A stretch of 64,000 nt of DNA from Armatimonadota bacterium. Lineage in GTDB: Bacteria; Armatimonadota; HRBIN16. Shown here in pieces: positions 25,374-35,147 of the stretch (its first letter is position 1; each line of letters opens with the position of its first letter). Both the position numbers and the translations under genes were made by a program. The stretch covers positions 11,906-75,905 of the forward strand of contig JBMFOT010000004.1 in NCBI GenBank assembly GCA_049969495.1. Reading direction: 5' to 3'. The notes beneath the pieces were generated by a model, which was not told where the DNA came from, searched no databases, and saw only the letters and a program-made list of their open reading frames with translations.

Positions 25374-26834
25374 ATGTGCTGGTTTGCCGTGCTGCTTTTG
25401 CTGGGGATGCTGGTTAGCGATGCAAGGTCAGCCCCCTCCCCCTCAGAAGACGAAGCATGGCGACTGCTGGCGCGTCGCGTGGAGGCTCAGCAGTTTCGCC
25501 ACTTCACTGCGGAAGGGGATGCGGAGGTACAGTGGGGTATCCGGCGCGTGCGGGCACAGCGCATCGAGGGTGATATGGAGAGCGGCTGGATTACAGCCAC
25601 AGGCGGTGTGTTCTTCTTGGATGAACGGGGAACGCTCCGCGCCTCGCAGATGCGCTTTAATCTAAAGACATACGAAGGCGACCTATCCGATGTGCACGGT
25701 GAGATAGAGGGTATATTCATCACCGCCGAGTCCCTGCACTCCGATGGCAACCTGCTGACCATGCAGCACGTGACGCTGACCACCTGCGACAAGCACCCCC
25801 CCGATTTCCTGCTGTCTGCACGCAGCCTGAGCCTGAGCCCTGCTTTGCGGTTGCGTGCCCGTCATGTGTCACTGTCGGCGTGGGGGCATCGGTGGGTCAC
25901 TGTGCCGTATCTGAGCCGACGCATCGGCAGGCGCGAGCCGGGCGAACCGCTGTTACCGCAGATAGGCTACTCGCGCCGACGGGGGCTGATGGTGTACTAT
26001 GGCGACCTGCTGCCGCAGAGGTGGGGGCAGGTGCGCTACGGGTTGCGGGTATTCACCCGGCATGACCCCGAGATACGGGTGGACCTGCTGCGCAGGCTGG
26101 ACCATGCCGGTGACCAGGAACCCCTGCGCCGCCTGGAACCCACCGAGCGGCCCGGCGTGTCTTTTCTGGAGACTATCGGCACTCACGACTGGCGTACCTC
26201 GCTGGATAAGGGGATAAAGCAAGGGGCGTTCCTCTCCGTGCAGGCGAATTCACCGGTGGAGAATCTCCAGCGTACCGACCTTTATCTACGCGGTGCGGAA
26301 CTAGGCTACCAGACTGTTCACCCTGTGGGCGGTGGACTGCTGGAGACAGAGTGGAAGCTGGGACGGCTGAGGGAAAGCCCCACACTGGTTACCGCCAATC
26401 GTGCGCTTGCGCTCCTGCGCTGGCAATCCCGAACGCTGGAGGTGGGCAGGCAGGTTGGTACCGACGTGGTTCTGGAGGCGAGAGCGGGCGCGTACTCCGG
26501 CTCCGAGATGTACAGCTGGGTGCGGGCGCAGTGGGGTGTCTACTGGGATGCGGGAGAGCGCGTACAGCTGGGGGCGGGGCTGGCCCTCGCCGCTACGAGC
26601 GGCTACAGCCCGTTTGTGTTCGACCGGCTGGAAACGCGAAGGGAGGCGCGCTTCCGCCTGCGCCTGACCGAACGCTGGGGCGTGGATGTTCTGGGAATAT
26701 GGGATATCGAGCACCACCGCTGGCGTGACTGGCAGGTTGCTCTATCGCCACCGGCGCATTGCATTCAGCCGCGCATCCTGTGGAGCTACCAGCAACGCCA
26801 GCTGCAGGTGCAACTTAGCCTGGTGAGCAGGTGA
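25374..26834 (+). CDS. LptD/OstA-like LPS-assembly outer-membrane protein (short form)
   Basis: Signal peptide. OstA-like N-terminal region and a LTTCDKHPPDFLLSARSLSL motif (LptD TTC...P.W motif). Beta-rich C-terminus. Confidence 0.5.
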   Translation: MCWFAVLLLLGMLVSDARSAPSPSEDEAWRLLARRVEAQQFRHFTAEGDAEVQWGIRRVRAQRIEGDMESGWITATGGVFFLDERGTLRASQMRFNLKTYEGDLSDVHGEIEGIFITAESLHSDGNLLTMQHVTLTTCDKHPPDFLLSARSLSLSPALRLRARHVSLSAWGHRWVTVPYLSRRIGRREPGEPLLPQIGYSRRRGLMVYYGDLLPQRWGQVRYGLRVFTRHDPEIRVDLLRRLDHAGDQEPLRRLEPTERPGVSFLETIGTHDWRTSLDKGIKQGAFLSVQANSPVENLQRTDLYLRGAELGYQTVHPVGGGLLETEWKLGRLRESPTLVTANRALALLRWQSRTLEVGRQVGTDVVLEARAGAYSGSEMYSWVRAQWGVYWDAGERVQLGAGLALAATSGYSPFVFDRLETRREARFRLRLTERWGVDVLGIWDIEHHRWRDWQVALSPPAHCIQPRILWSYQQRQLQVQLSLVSR

Positions 26835-26880
26835 TAAGCGGGGGCGCACGGGTTACTTAATCCGCGCAGATGGTGGAGTA

Positions 26881-27969
26881 CTACGCTGCCTTTCTCAGTG
26901 GTTCCCGATCCGGTAGGGAGAAAACGTCATCGTCCGGCGCACTCGTTTTGAATGTGGCTTGCAGGTTTTGTATCACCGTCTGCCACACACCGGTAGGGAT
27001 ACTGAAAAACGCTTTGACCACCTGGGGGTCAAACTGCATGCCGGCGCACCTCTCCAGCTCGGCAAACGCCTCCTCCAGAGAAAGAGCCTTGCGATAGGGG
27101 CGGTCGGAGATCATGGCATCGAGCGCATCCGCGACGGCGAAGAGGCGTGCGCCGAGAGGAATCTCCTCGCCGCGCAACCCTTGTGGGTAGCCGTTGCCAT
27201 CCCACTGCTCATGGTGGCACAGTACCACCTCGCGTGCTGAGTCCTGCAGAGAACGCACCTTCATGCACATTCGATACCCGATAACGGGGTGCTGGCGCAT
27301 GATTTCCCACTCGGCGGCGTTCAGCGGACCGTTTTTGAAGAGAATGCTGTCGGGGATGCCGATTTTGCCCACGTCGTGCAGCAATGCGCCACGCTCGATG
27401 TTGGGATGTTGCTGGTGCGGGACACCCATCGCTTCGGCAAGTATCATCGTGTAGGTGGTAACCCGTTCGCTGTGCCCCTCTATCTCTCGCTCACGTGTCT
27501 CGAGCGCGCTCAGCAGTGCCTCCAGCATGTCGGAATACGCTTCGTTCAGTTTGCATAGATACTGCTTCTGCTCCTCCATCCAGATACTGTGGCGGCGGAT
27601 GTTGCGCTCTATCACGATAGGCAGTTCGTGCGCACGCCACGGCTTGGTGATGAAGTCGCTGGCTCCGCTGTCGAGCACTTCACGCAGCACCTCGATAGAA
27701 TCGTCTCCCGTCATAATGACAATAGGGATTTCGGGGTACTGCTGGCGTATCTGTTTGGCGAGCATTTTGCCTCCCATGCCGGGCATGTGCAGGTCCGACA
27801 GGCATACGTCTACACGCTGCTGTGCCAGTATCTGCAAGGCTTCTTGGCTACTGTACGCTCCGCTCACCATATAGCCATACGAACGCAAGACGCGCTCGAT
27901 GGCTTCAACCACCAGCGGCTCGTCGTCTACAACCAGCACGCGGGATTGAGTTGCAATAGCGCTTTTCAT
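26881..27969 (-). CDS. response regulator with HD-GYP phosphodiesterase output domain
   Basis: REC domain (VLVVDDE...D54-like SDLHMPGMGG...KP). HD...HHE.WDG.GYP motifs. The ATG at 27969 has SD GGGAAG. The longer ORF would run into the repeat array. Confidence 0.8.
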   Translation of the reverse strand: MKSAIATQSRVLVVDDEPLVVEAIERVLRSYGYMVSGAYSSQEALQILAQQRVDVCLSDLHMPGMGGKMLAKQIRQQYPEIPIVIMTGDDSIEVLREVLDSGASDFITKPWRAHELPIVIERNIRRHSIWMEEQKQYLCKLNEAYSDMLEALLSALETREREIEGHSERVTTYTMILAEAMGVPHQQHPNIERGALLHDVGKIGIPDSILFKNGPLNAAEWEIMRQHPVIGYRMCMKVRSLQDSAREVVLCHHEQWDGNGYPQGLRGEEIPLGARLFAVADALDAMISDRPYRKALSLEEAFAELERCAGMQFDPQVVKAFFSIPTGVWQTVIQNLQATFKTSAPDDDVFSLPDREPLRKAA

Positions 27970-27996
27970 TAGACTTCCCATTCGTGATCGAGATAA

Positions 27997-28207
27997 TGAG
28001 ATGTCTCGCTCAGCATGACACAAAACATGCCTTTTCCCTGTCATTCTGAGCGCAAGCGAAGAATCTCAGAGATGCTTCACTGCGTTCAGCATGACAAAGA
28101 GAGCGAGATGCTTCGCTCACGCTCAGCATGACACAAAACAGCTTCTGTTGCACCATAGGTGCAACACTCAACACCCCCCAGCGGCTGCCTCAGCATGACA
28201 ACTTACA
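27997..28207. repeat. array of 4 GCTCAGCATGACA boxes (two forming a 14-bp-arm inverted repeat) plus GAGATGCTTCGCTCA direct repeats
   Basis: Boxes at about 28009, 28085, 28123 and 28190. Inverted partner TGTCATTCTGAGCG at 28039-28052. Confidence 0.6.
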
Positions 28208-28230
28208 TTATCGGAAGACAGACAAATTGT

Positions 28231-28470
28231 TTACAGGGTGTTGCCGAAGCGTTCCACGTACTCCCGTAGCATGACGAGGCAACGTTGCAGGCAGTAGCGT
28301 GTAATCGCTTGCAGGTCAAAGCAACCGTCCAGCGCCGCTTCGCGGATGTTTGGGGGAACCACATCCAGATAAGGCAGGTTCGCAGGGAGAGGAACAAGAA
28401 TACGTTCCGGCATTTTCCACAGACGTACCTGGCTCTCAAATTGCGGAGACCACTGCACAGCAACCTCCAT
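28231..28470 (-). CDS. hypothetical small protein
   Basis: 80-aa ORF starting at MEVAVQW. The longer version would overlap sdhB. Weak support. Confidence 0.25.
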   Translation of the reverse strand: MEVAVQWSPQFESQVRLWKMPERILVPLPANLPYLDVVPPNIREAALDGCFDLQAITRYCLQRCLVMLREYVERFGNTL

Positions 28471-28559
28471 CAGCCACTGTCTGCCGTCGGTAGCGGTATA
28501 GAACTCCTGGTGAGTAACAGAAGCGGGGAGATTTTCTCGTGTTCCCCCCGCTTGCGTGT

Positions 28560-29330
28560 TTACTTCGCCAACCATTTGCGCAGTCGGTTTATGGTGATGT
28601 CGCGGTTCAGCTCGGCGATGGCCCGGGTCAACGGAATCTCTTTCGGGCAGACCTGCACACAGTTCTGGGCGTTGCCACAACCGGTCAACCCATCGGGTCC
28701 TGCCAGCACGTCAAACCGCTCGTCTTCCAGCGTTGCCCCCACAGGGTGCAGGTTGAACAATCTTACCTGCCCCAGCGCGGCGGGCCCGATGAAGTTGGAG
28801 TGTGAGTTCACATTGGGACAGGCTTCCAGACAACATCCACAGGTCATGCATCGGGCGAACTCGTAGCGTAGCTCGCGGATGCTGTCGGGAATGCGCGGAC
28901 CGGGTCCCAGGTCGTGTGTGCCGTCGATAGGAACCCATGCCCGGATGCGCTTGAGCGTCTCGAACATCTCGCTGCGGTCCACGATTAAGTCTCGCACCAC
29001 AGGGAATTTGGTCATGGGCTCCAGGGTGATTTCAAGGTGTTCACCAGCCCGCTTACCCACCTCGTCCACCAGCGCAGAGCACGCCTGGCGTACCCTGCCG
29101 TTAATCACCATGGTGCAGGTGCCGCATACCTCTTCCAGACAAGCGGCTTCCCATGCGGGGGCGGTAGTGGGCTTCCCCTGGCGGGTGACCGGGTTGCGCT
29201 GAATCTGCATCAGGCAGAAGATGACATTCATGCGCGGCTTGTATGGCACTTCGAACTCTTCCCAGTATGGCGCGCTCTGCGGGCTCGCCTGTCGTTTTAT
29301 CTTCAGTACCACGCTCTGGATGCCGTCCAT
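28560..29330 (-). CDS. sdhB: succinate dehydrogenase/fumarate reductase iron-sulfur subunit
   Basis: 2Fe-2S (CGTC), 4Fe-4S (CMTCGCCLEACP) and 3Fe-4S (CGNAQNCVQVCP) cysteine clusters. Confidence 0.85.
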   Translation of the reverse strand: MDGIQSVVLKIKRQASPQSAPYWEEFEVPYKPRMNVIFCLMQIQRNPVTRQGKPTTAPAWEAACLEEVCGTCTMVINGRVRQACSALVDEVGKRAGEHLEITLEPMTKFPVVRDLIVDRSEMFETLKRIRAWVPIDGTHDLGPGPRIPDSIRELRYEFARCMTCGCCLEACPNVNSHSNFIGPAALGQVRLFNLHPVGATLEDERFDVLAGPDGLTGCGNAQNCVQVCPKEIPLTRAIAELNRDITINRLRKWLAK

Positions 29331-29333
29331 ACG

Positions 29334-31223
29334 CTACTCTCCCTTATCATCCTTTACGCCGACAAGTTCGGCGGGTTGGGCTGCAGTAGAGATGGTCGCT
29401 TTCTTGTCCACGTCGTACTTGCGGATACGCGGCGGAATCAGCGAGGTGTCCACCGACTCGTAGAAGATGTGCGGACCGTCGGGCGTGTAGCTTGCCATCG
29501 TGGTCTTGAGCCACTCCGCATCGTTGCGTTCTGGATACTCGGGTTTGTAATGGGCGCCCCGGCTCTCGTTGCGCAGCAACGCGCCGCGCGTAATCACCTG
29601 CGCCAGTATCAGCATGTTGCGCAGGGCGCGGGTAAACGGCACAATCTGATTCGTCCACAGCGACGAGTCGTTGATGTTGATGCGCTTCCACCGCTCCATC
29701 AGTTCCAGAATCTTCTGCTCGGTCTGCTGGAGCCGGTCGTTATAGCGCACCACAGTGACGTTGTTGGTCATCCACTCACCCAGCTCCTGATGCAGTTTGT
29801 ACGGGTTCTCGTCGCCGGTCATCGTCAGCAGCTGCTGATAGTCCTGCTCATGGCGCTGGCGTTCGCTCTCATACAGCGATGCCGGCAGGCTATCGGCGGA
29901 GTTCTCCAACCCCTGCACATAGCGCACCACCGCGTTGCCCGCTACCTCGCCGCCGAAGATGCACGCCAGCAGGGCGTTCGCGCCCAGACGGTTCGCCCCG
30001 TGATACTGATACTCGCATTCGCCCGCTGCGTACAGACCGGGGATGTTGGTCATCTGATTGCGCGTGCTCTCGGGGTGCAGGAAGCCGTCGGGGGTGCGTT
30101 CATAGTCCACCCACAGTCCGCCCATCGAGTAGTGCACCGCCGGAAACACCCGCATCGGCACCTCGCGCGGGTCGTCGCCCACAAACTTGGTGTAGATTTC
30201 AATGATACCCAGCAGCTTGCGCTCTATCAGGTCACGGGGCAGATGCGTGATGTCCAGATACACCTCGTTGCGCCCCATGATGCCGCGCTTCTGGGTAACG
30301 CACACCTCGAATATCTCACGGGTGGCGATGTCGCGCGGTACCAGGTTGCCGTACGCGGGATACTTCTCTTCCAGGAAGTACCAGCGGTCGCTCTCAGGGA
30401 TTTCGCGCGGCGGTCGTTTGTCGTAAGGGTCTTTGGGCACCCAGACACGCCCGCCCTCGCCGCGAATCGCCTCCGACATCAGGCGCAACTTGTCTTCGCC
30501 CGGAATGGCGGTGGGATGCACCTGGATAAACTCGCCGTTGGCGTAGTACGCCCCCTGCTGGTAGCAGATGCTCGCTGCGGAACCGGTGTTGATGATGGAG
30601 TTGGTGGATTTGCCGAAGAGGTACCCGGGGCCACCTGTCGCCATCACCACCGCATCGGCGCGGAAGGCGCGAATCTCCATTGTGTGCAGGTTCTGCGCCA
30701 CGATGCCCCGACATCTGCCCTCCTCATCGCGCACGATGCCCAGAAACTCCCAGCCTTCGTACTTATTAACCAGCCCTTCCACCTCAAAGCGACGCACCTG
30801 CTCGTCCAGCGCGTACAGCAGTTGCTGACCGGTGGTAGAGCCGGCGAAGGCGGTACGGTGGTGTTTGGTTCCTCCGAAACGGCGGAAGTCCAGAAAGCCT
30901 TCCGGTGTGCGGTTGAAGGGCACGCCCATGCGGTCGAGCAGGTAGATAATGCCCGGAGCACGATAGCACATGCTTTTGACCGGCGGCTGGTGCGCGAGGA
31001 AATCGCCACCGTAGATGGTATCGTCAAAGTGCTCGTCGGGGCTATCGCCCTCGCCTTTGGTGTTTACTGCGCCGTTAATGCCTCCCTGTGCGCACACCGA
31101 GTGACTACGCTTCACTGGAACCAGCGAAAACAGGTCCACCGGCAACCCCTGCTCGGCGATTTTGATGACCGTCATCAGCCCGGCAAGCCCACCGCCGACG
31201 ACGATTGCACGTTGCTTTGCCAT
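29334..31223 (-). CDS. sdhA: succinate dehydrogenase/fumarate reductase flavoprotein subunit
   Basis: FAD-binding GGGLAG. Covalent-FAD His region (RSHSVCAQGG). HPTA and RGEGG motifs. Confidence 0.9.
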   Translation of the reverse strand: MAKQRAIVVGGGLAGLMTVIKIAEQGLPVDLFSLVPVKRSHSVCAQGGINGAVNTKGEGDSPDEHFDDTIYGGDFLAHQPPVKSMCYRAPGIIYLLDRMGVPFNRTPEGFLDFRRFGGTKHHRTAFAGSTTGQQLLYALDEQVRRFEVEGLVNKYEGWEFLGIVRDEEGRCRGIVAQNLHTMEIRAFRADAVVMATGGPGYLFGKSTNSIINTGSAASICYQQGAYYANGEFIQVHPTAIPGEDKLRLMSEAIRGEGGRVWVPKDPYDKRPPREIPESDRWYFLEEKYPAYGNLVPRDIATREIFEVCVTQKRGIMGRNEVYLDITHLPRDLIERKLLGIIEIYTKFVGDDPREVPMRVFPAVHYSMGGLWVDYERTPDGFLHPESTRNQMTNIPGLYAAGECEYQYHGANRLGANALLACIFGGEVAGNAVVRYVQGLENSADSLPASLYESERQRHEQDYQQLLTMTGDENPYKLHQELGEWMTNNVTVVRYNDRLQQTEQKILELMERWKRININDSSLWTNQIVPFTRALRNMLILAQVITRGALLRNESRGAHYKPEYPERNDAEWLKTTMASYTPDGPHIFYESVDTSLIPPRIRKYDVDKKATISTAAQPAELVGVKDDKGE

Positions 31224-31244
31224 GGAGTATCACCTCTTAAGCCT

Positions 31245-31895
31245 CTAGCGAAATGCGAACAGTGCCGACCACCCCAGCGCGGTCAGCAGCACGAAAATAA
31301 CCGCACACACCTTCGCGCACCCGCGCTGCGCCCGCTCGCTGATAGTAATGCCCCAGCGAATGCAGAAGTTCCAGATGCCGTTGGACAGGTGGAAAGTTGC
31401 GGAGGTAATTCCCAGCAGGTAGAACGCTACCACCCACGGATTGGCGAAATACTGCACCATACCGTCGTAGTGGAGGTTCGTACCGTATAGCCGGTGGCTG
31501 ATGGTGGTACCCCATACGTGCGCCGCGATATAGACGACCAGGATAATACCCGTGATGCGTTGCCACAGGTACATCCAGTTGCGCCAGTAGCCGTACCGTC
31601 CCACGTTCACCTGTCCATGCGCGGTGATTACCAGCCCATACAGTGCGTGGAACAGGATGGGGATAAAGATGAAGCCCCATTCCAGGATGTGCAACAGATG
31701 GCGGGGCATCGTCTTGTTAAAGAAGTCAATCACCGCGTTGTAGTGCGCGGGGCTGGCGAGCGCGAAGGAGTTGAGCGTCAAATGCTGAACCAGAAAAATG
31801 CCAACAGGCACAATACCGGACAACGAGTGCAGCCTGTGCAGGATGTGATTGTCGGCTGCAATGACCGATGTACGATGCGCTGCTGCGATAGCCAT
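31245..31895 (-). CDS. sdhC: succinate dehydrogenase cytochrome b subunit (5-TM, B. subtilis-type SdhC)
   Basis: 5 TM helices with conserved His residues. Directly upstream of sdhA. ATG 31895 has SD GAGGGA. Confidence 0.75.
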   Translation of the reverse strand: MAIAAAHRTSVIAADNHILHRLHSLSGIVPVGIFLVQHLTLNSFALASPAHYNAVIDFFNKTMPRHLLHILEWGFIFIPILFHALYGLVITAHGQVNVGRYGYWRNWMYLWQRITGIILVVYIAAHVWGTTISHRLYGTNLHYDGMVQYFANPWVVAFYLLGITSATFHLSNGIWNFCIRWGITISERAQRGCAKVCAVIFVLLTALGWSALFAFR

Positions 31896-32045
31896 GCTTT
31901 CCCTCACCAGTAAGGTTGCGTGCTTGAAGCATTTCCATTATACATCGAGTGTTTAAGAATGCGCAAATATTGCCCACCGAAAAGTATTGATTGAGGTACA
32001 ATCTGAGTATCAGCGGGTGAAGTATGTGAGGATGGCGGGTTCAAT

Positions 32046-33092
32046 ATGGAGCGTATCGTTCTGGCTTCGCCGCGTGGGTTTTGCGCCGGGGTGTCGTACG
32101 CGATAGAGGTGCTGGACCTGGCGATTAAGGCATACGGCACACCGATATACATGCGCCACGCGATTGTACATAATGAGCATGTGGTGCGCTCGTTCGAGCG
32201 ACGCGGGGTCATCTTTGTGGAAGAGGTATCGGAAATCCCGCGCGGCTCAACGGTTGTTCTCAGCGCGCACGGTGTGTCGCCACAGGTACGCCGCGAAGCG
32301 GCAGAGCGCAACTTGCGCGTCGTCGACGCCACCTGTCCCCTGGTCTCCAAGGTGCACCGCGAGGTACAGCGTTTTGCTTCGCAGGGCTATCACATCCTTT
32401 ACATCGGGCACGCTGGACATGTAGAAGCCTTGGGCACGATGGGACACGCCCCCGGGCAGATTACGCTGGTGCAGACGGTAGAAGACGCCGAGCGTGTACA
32501 AGTGCCGGACGGCAAGCTTGCAGTTGCCACGCAGACCACCCTGAGCGTGCACGAGGTGGAACGTGTGATGGCGGTGCTCAGACGACGTTTCCCGCACCTC
32601 GAAACACCTCCCAAAGAGGACATCTGCTATGCGACCACCAACCGCCAGAAAGCGGTCAGGGAGCTGGCAAAAGTGTGCGACCTGATACTGGTCATCGGCA
32701 GCCGCTCCAGCAGCAATTCCAACAGGCTGCGCGAGGTAGCAGAGGAGGCGGGCGTGCCCGCGTATCTGTTGCTGGAGCCCGAAGAGGTGCTTCCTGAATG
32801 GCGCACCGACTACCGCTCGGTAGGCGTTACCAGCGGTGCCTCCACGCCGGAAAGCTCGGTGGAGGCAATCATCGGCGAACTGCTGAAAGAGCATGAGCAC
32901 GTTCCCGTGCAGACCCTGGAGACCACCCGGGAGGACATCGCTTTTATCCCCCCGCGCACGTTGATTGCCAGCGCGAGTGTATCCCCCTCTCCCGAAGCTT
33001 CGGGAGAGGGGGCAAGGGGGCGAGGGTTACTCGTCCCCCATCGCGCCGAAGTTGCGAACCAGAATGCCGAAGTCAAACAGGGTGACCTCTAA
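32046..33092 (+). CDS. ispH: 4-hydroxy-3-methylbut-2-enyl diphosphate reductase, with a roughly 40-aa C-terminal extension
   Basis: SPRGFCAGV, ATCPLV and TTNRQ motifs with three conserved Cys. The ORF reads through the palindrome at 32983-33012. Confidence 0.85.
   Translation: MERIVLASPRGFCAGVSYAIEVLDLAIKAYGTPIYMRHAIVHNEHVVRSFERRGVIFVEEVSEIPRGSTVVLSAHGVSPQVRREAAERNLRVVDATCPLVSKVHREVQRFASQGYHILYIGHAGHVEALGTMGHAPGQITLVQTVEDAERVQVPDGKLAVATQTTLSVHEVERVMAVLRRRFPHLETPPKEDICYATTNRQKAVRELAKVCDLILVIGSRSSSNSNRLREVAEEAGVPAYLLLEPEEVLPEWRTDYRSVGVTSGASTPESSVEAIIGELLKEHEHVPVQTLETTREDIAFIPPRTLIASASVSPSPEASGEGARGRGLLVPHRAEVANQNAEVKQGDL
32983..33012. terminator. perfect 30-nt palindrome between convergent ispH and the lectin-dockerin gene
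   Basis: CCCCCTCTCCCGAAGCTTCGGGAGAGGGGG. Same family as the element at 11165. Confidence 0.5.
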
Positions 33093-35081
33093 ATCTCCGT
33101 CCAAATCGGCATCGGGGTTCCAGTTGCTATCGCCGGGCATGGAGCCGAACGCCGCTACCAGCCCACCGAAGTCAAACAGGGTGACCTCGTTGTCGCCGTC
33201 GATATCGCCGTTGGTGAGCGAGACATCCTGCCCGGTGACTTCCTCCGCCAGCCCAAGCGTAACACCTGTCAGGTTCACACGCAACCAGTGGCTGGCTTTG
33301 AAGGAAACCTCGTAGGTGCCCGGCTCTACCCACAGCGAGTAGTCGCCGTTGCGGTTGGTGAAGACGGTGCGGGTCTCTTCGCCACCGCCCTCCTTGCGCA
33401 AACGCACAGAGATGGGAACCAGCGATGGGTCACCTCCGTAGTCGCCCAGTGCGATATTTCCGCGGATCACCGCCAGCTTGCCATACAGCACAAAGGCGCA
33501 GTTCCAGCGGTCCTTCGGGTCTTGTCCCGCTTTAGGCTGGATGCTGTTTGGTGCGTACACCTCGAAGCCGGGGTTGGGGAAGGAGCGTGAACGCCACATG
33601 AAGTCCTGCTCTATTTCGGAGGGTTGGAGGTCGGCGCCGGTCAGCCACGCGAGCGCGCTGAAACCGGTAGTGTTGCCTGCACCGATGCCGTCCGAGTAGA
33701 TGGTCAGATAGTAATCACCTCCGGGCAGGAAGATGTCCAGGTTAGAGTAGCGGTGCAGCCAGTCCTCGCCGCCCGGAATGCGCGGGTCATTCACGCCAGC
33801 GGAGTATGCGCCCAGCACGCCCTGAGCCACCTGGTCGCCATCTACCGGTCGATTCAAGCCGGTACGTCGCCAGATGATGTAGCGCACGTTCGCACCCTGG
33901 TAACCATCCACCACAAACCAGTCGGCATCCACCTGGCTGATGACCGCACCGCCTGGCGGGATGCGGAAGGGAATGGCGGACCATCGCTGGGGCAGCGTCG
34001 CCGAATAGTTACCAGAGATGTAGCCCAGGTACACCTCCTGGTTGTTGGAGATGACCGTCTTCGGTGCGCCCGTGTCCCACACCACGCTTTTCGTGGACTC
34101 GTAGACCGCTGTGACGATGTGGTTGTCGTCCAGCGTGATCTGCAGTTCGGGGTCGCCGGAGTAGTCGACGCCGTCAATCTGCCATTTCTCGAACTCGTTA
34201 CCGTCGGGCGCAAAAGTTGCCGCGTTCAACGTAACAGGTGTGCCTGCCGGATACACGCGCACGAAGGGGGTCACCCCATTGCCGGTGCCCACCAGGTCGG
34301 CAGGTGCAGAGACGCTAACGCCCTCGTAGGGGTTGTCGCCCAGAATAATCAACGTGCGGGCAGGCGAGGTGAACGGCGTCAGCGTCCAGTTGAGCACATC
34401 GGTGTTTTCATAGGCGAACACCGTGCGTCCACTAAAGCCTACCCATGCGGAGCCGGAGCTGTCGAGCACGCCGGCGGCTGCGAGGTCAACAGCGAGTGTC
34501 AGCACCGCTTCGTTATCCACAGAGACGGTCAGCCAGCCTCCTGCATAGTCAATGCGTGCGGTGTGCACGCCTTCGTCATTAATGTTGATGGTGTTGGGGA
34601 AGAGGCTGGTGTATGTGCTCAGCGCGCCGTTGACATACACAGCAACCACGTTGGGGAAGTCGCCCTCTGGCAGACTGAAGAGAGTGGCAAAGCTCACGGT
34701 CACGGTTCCCGCGGTGCCCCTCTCATCAACGTTCAGGTTCGTCGAAACGTTCTGGATGTGGAATCCCAACCCGTGGCCCAGACCGTCCTCAGGCGACTGT
34801 CCATGCAACTGGAACCGGAAGGTGGTGGAGAAACCGTTTGTCAGGTTCTGCTTGGTGGTGTACCAGGCAGATCCCTGCTGATTCATGCGGTTTTCGGTCA
34901 GGCGGAGCCGGTTCGCGGTGACCTGGGCTGTACCCACCAGATTCAATCCTACCGAAGAACTGAAATCGGGGTAGTTAATCTGCGCGAAGGCGGGCACAAC
35001 TAGAAACGTAGCCAGCACCCAGCACAGCAAACCAATTGCATACCGGGTAGCACGAGACATCTGGATACCTCCTCCTTTCAT
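33027..35081 (-). CDS. secreted L-type-lectin-like protein with C-terminal CarboxypepD_reg-like plus dockerin module
   Basis: Signal peptide. N-terminal legume-lectin-like beta-sandwich signature. C-terminus DIDGDNEVTLFDFG...DLDGDLEVTLFDFGILVRNFGAMGDE. Confidence 0.7.
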   Translation of the reverse strand: MKGGGIQMSRATRYAIGLLCWVLATFLVVPAFAQINYPDFSSSVGLNLVGTAQVTANRLRLTENRMNQQGSAWYTTKQNLTNGFSTTFRFQLHGQSPEDGLGHGLGFHIQNVSTNLNVDERGTAGTVTVSFATLFSLPEGDFPNVVAVYVNGALSTYTSLFPNTININDEGVHTARIDYAGGWLTVSVDNEAVLTLAVDLAAAGVLDSSGSAWVGFSGRTVFAYENTDVLNWTLTPFTSPARTLIILGDNPYEGVSVSAPADLVGTGNGVTPFVRVYPAGTPVTLNAATFAPDGNEFEKWQIDGVDYSGDPELQITLDDNHIVTAVYESTKSVVWDTGAPKTVISNNQEVYLGYISGNYSATLPQRWSAIPFRIPPGGAVISQVDADWFVVDGYQGANVRYIIWRRTGLNRPVDGDQVAQGVLGAYSAGVNDPRIPGGEDWLHRYSNLDIFLPGGDYYLTIYSDGIGAGNTTGFSALAWLTGADLQPSEIEQDFMWRSRSFPNPGFEVYAPNSIQPKAGQDPKDRWNCAFVLYGKLAVIRGNIALGDYGGDPSLVPISVRLRKEGGGEETRTVFTNRNGDYSLWVEPGTYEVSFKASHWLRVNLTGVTLGLAEEVTGQDVSLTNGDIDGDNEVTLFDFGGLVAAFGSMPGDSNWNPDADLDGDLEVTLFDFGILVRNFGAMGDE

Positions 35082-35147
35082 GATTGGAAGTGCTACAGGT
35101 ACACCGTTGGCACCAAAAGTATATTACAAACACCACAAAAACGCAAG

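Noticed and set aside
27970-28044. N-terminal extension of the response regulator ORF
   Set aside because: It would be translated from the repeat array. The ATG at 27969 has a proper SD, and the REC domain begins there.
27997-28207. Possible CRISPR array
   Set aside because: Repeats are only 13-23 nt with irregular spacing and partly inverted. There are no cas genes and no uniform spacers.
29037-31490. 817-aa ORF on the plus strand
   Set aside because: Entirely antisense to sdhA and sdhB. Low-complexity Ala/Arg/Val-rich translation typical of spurious ORFs in high-GC DNA.
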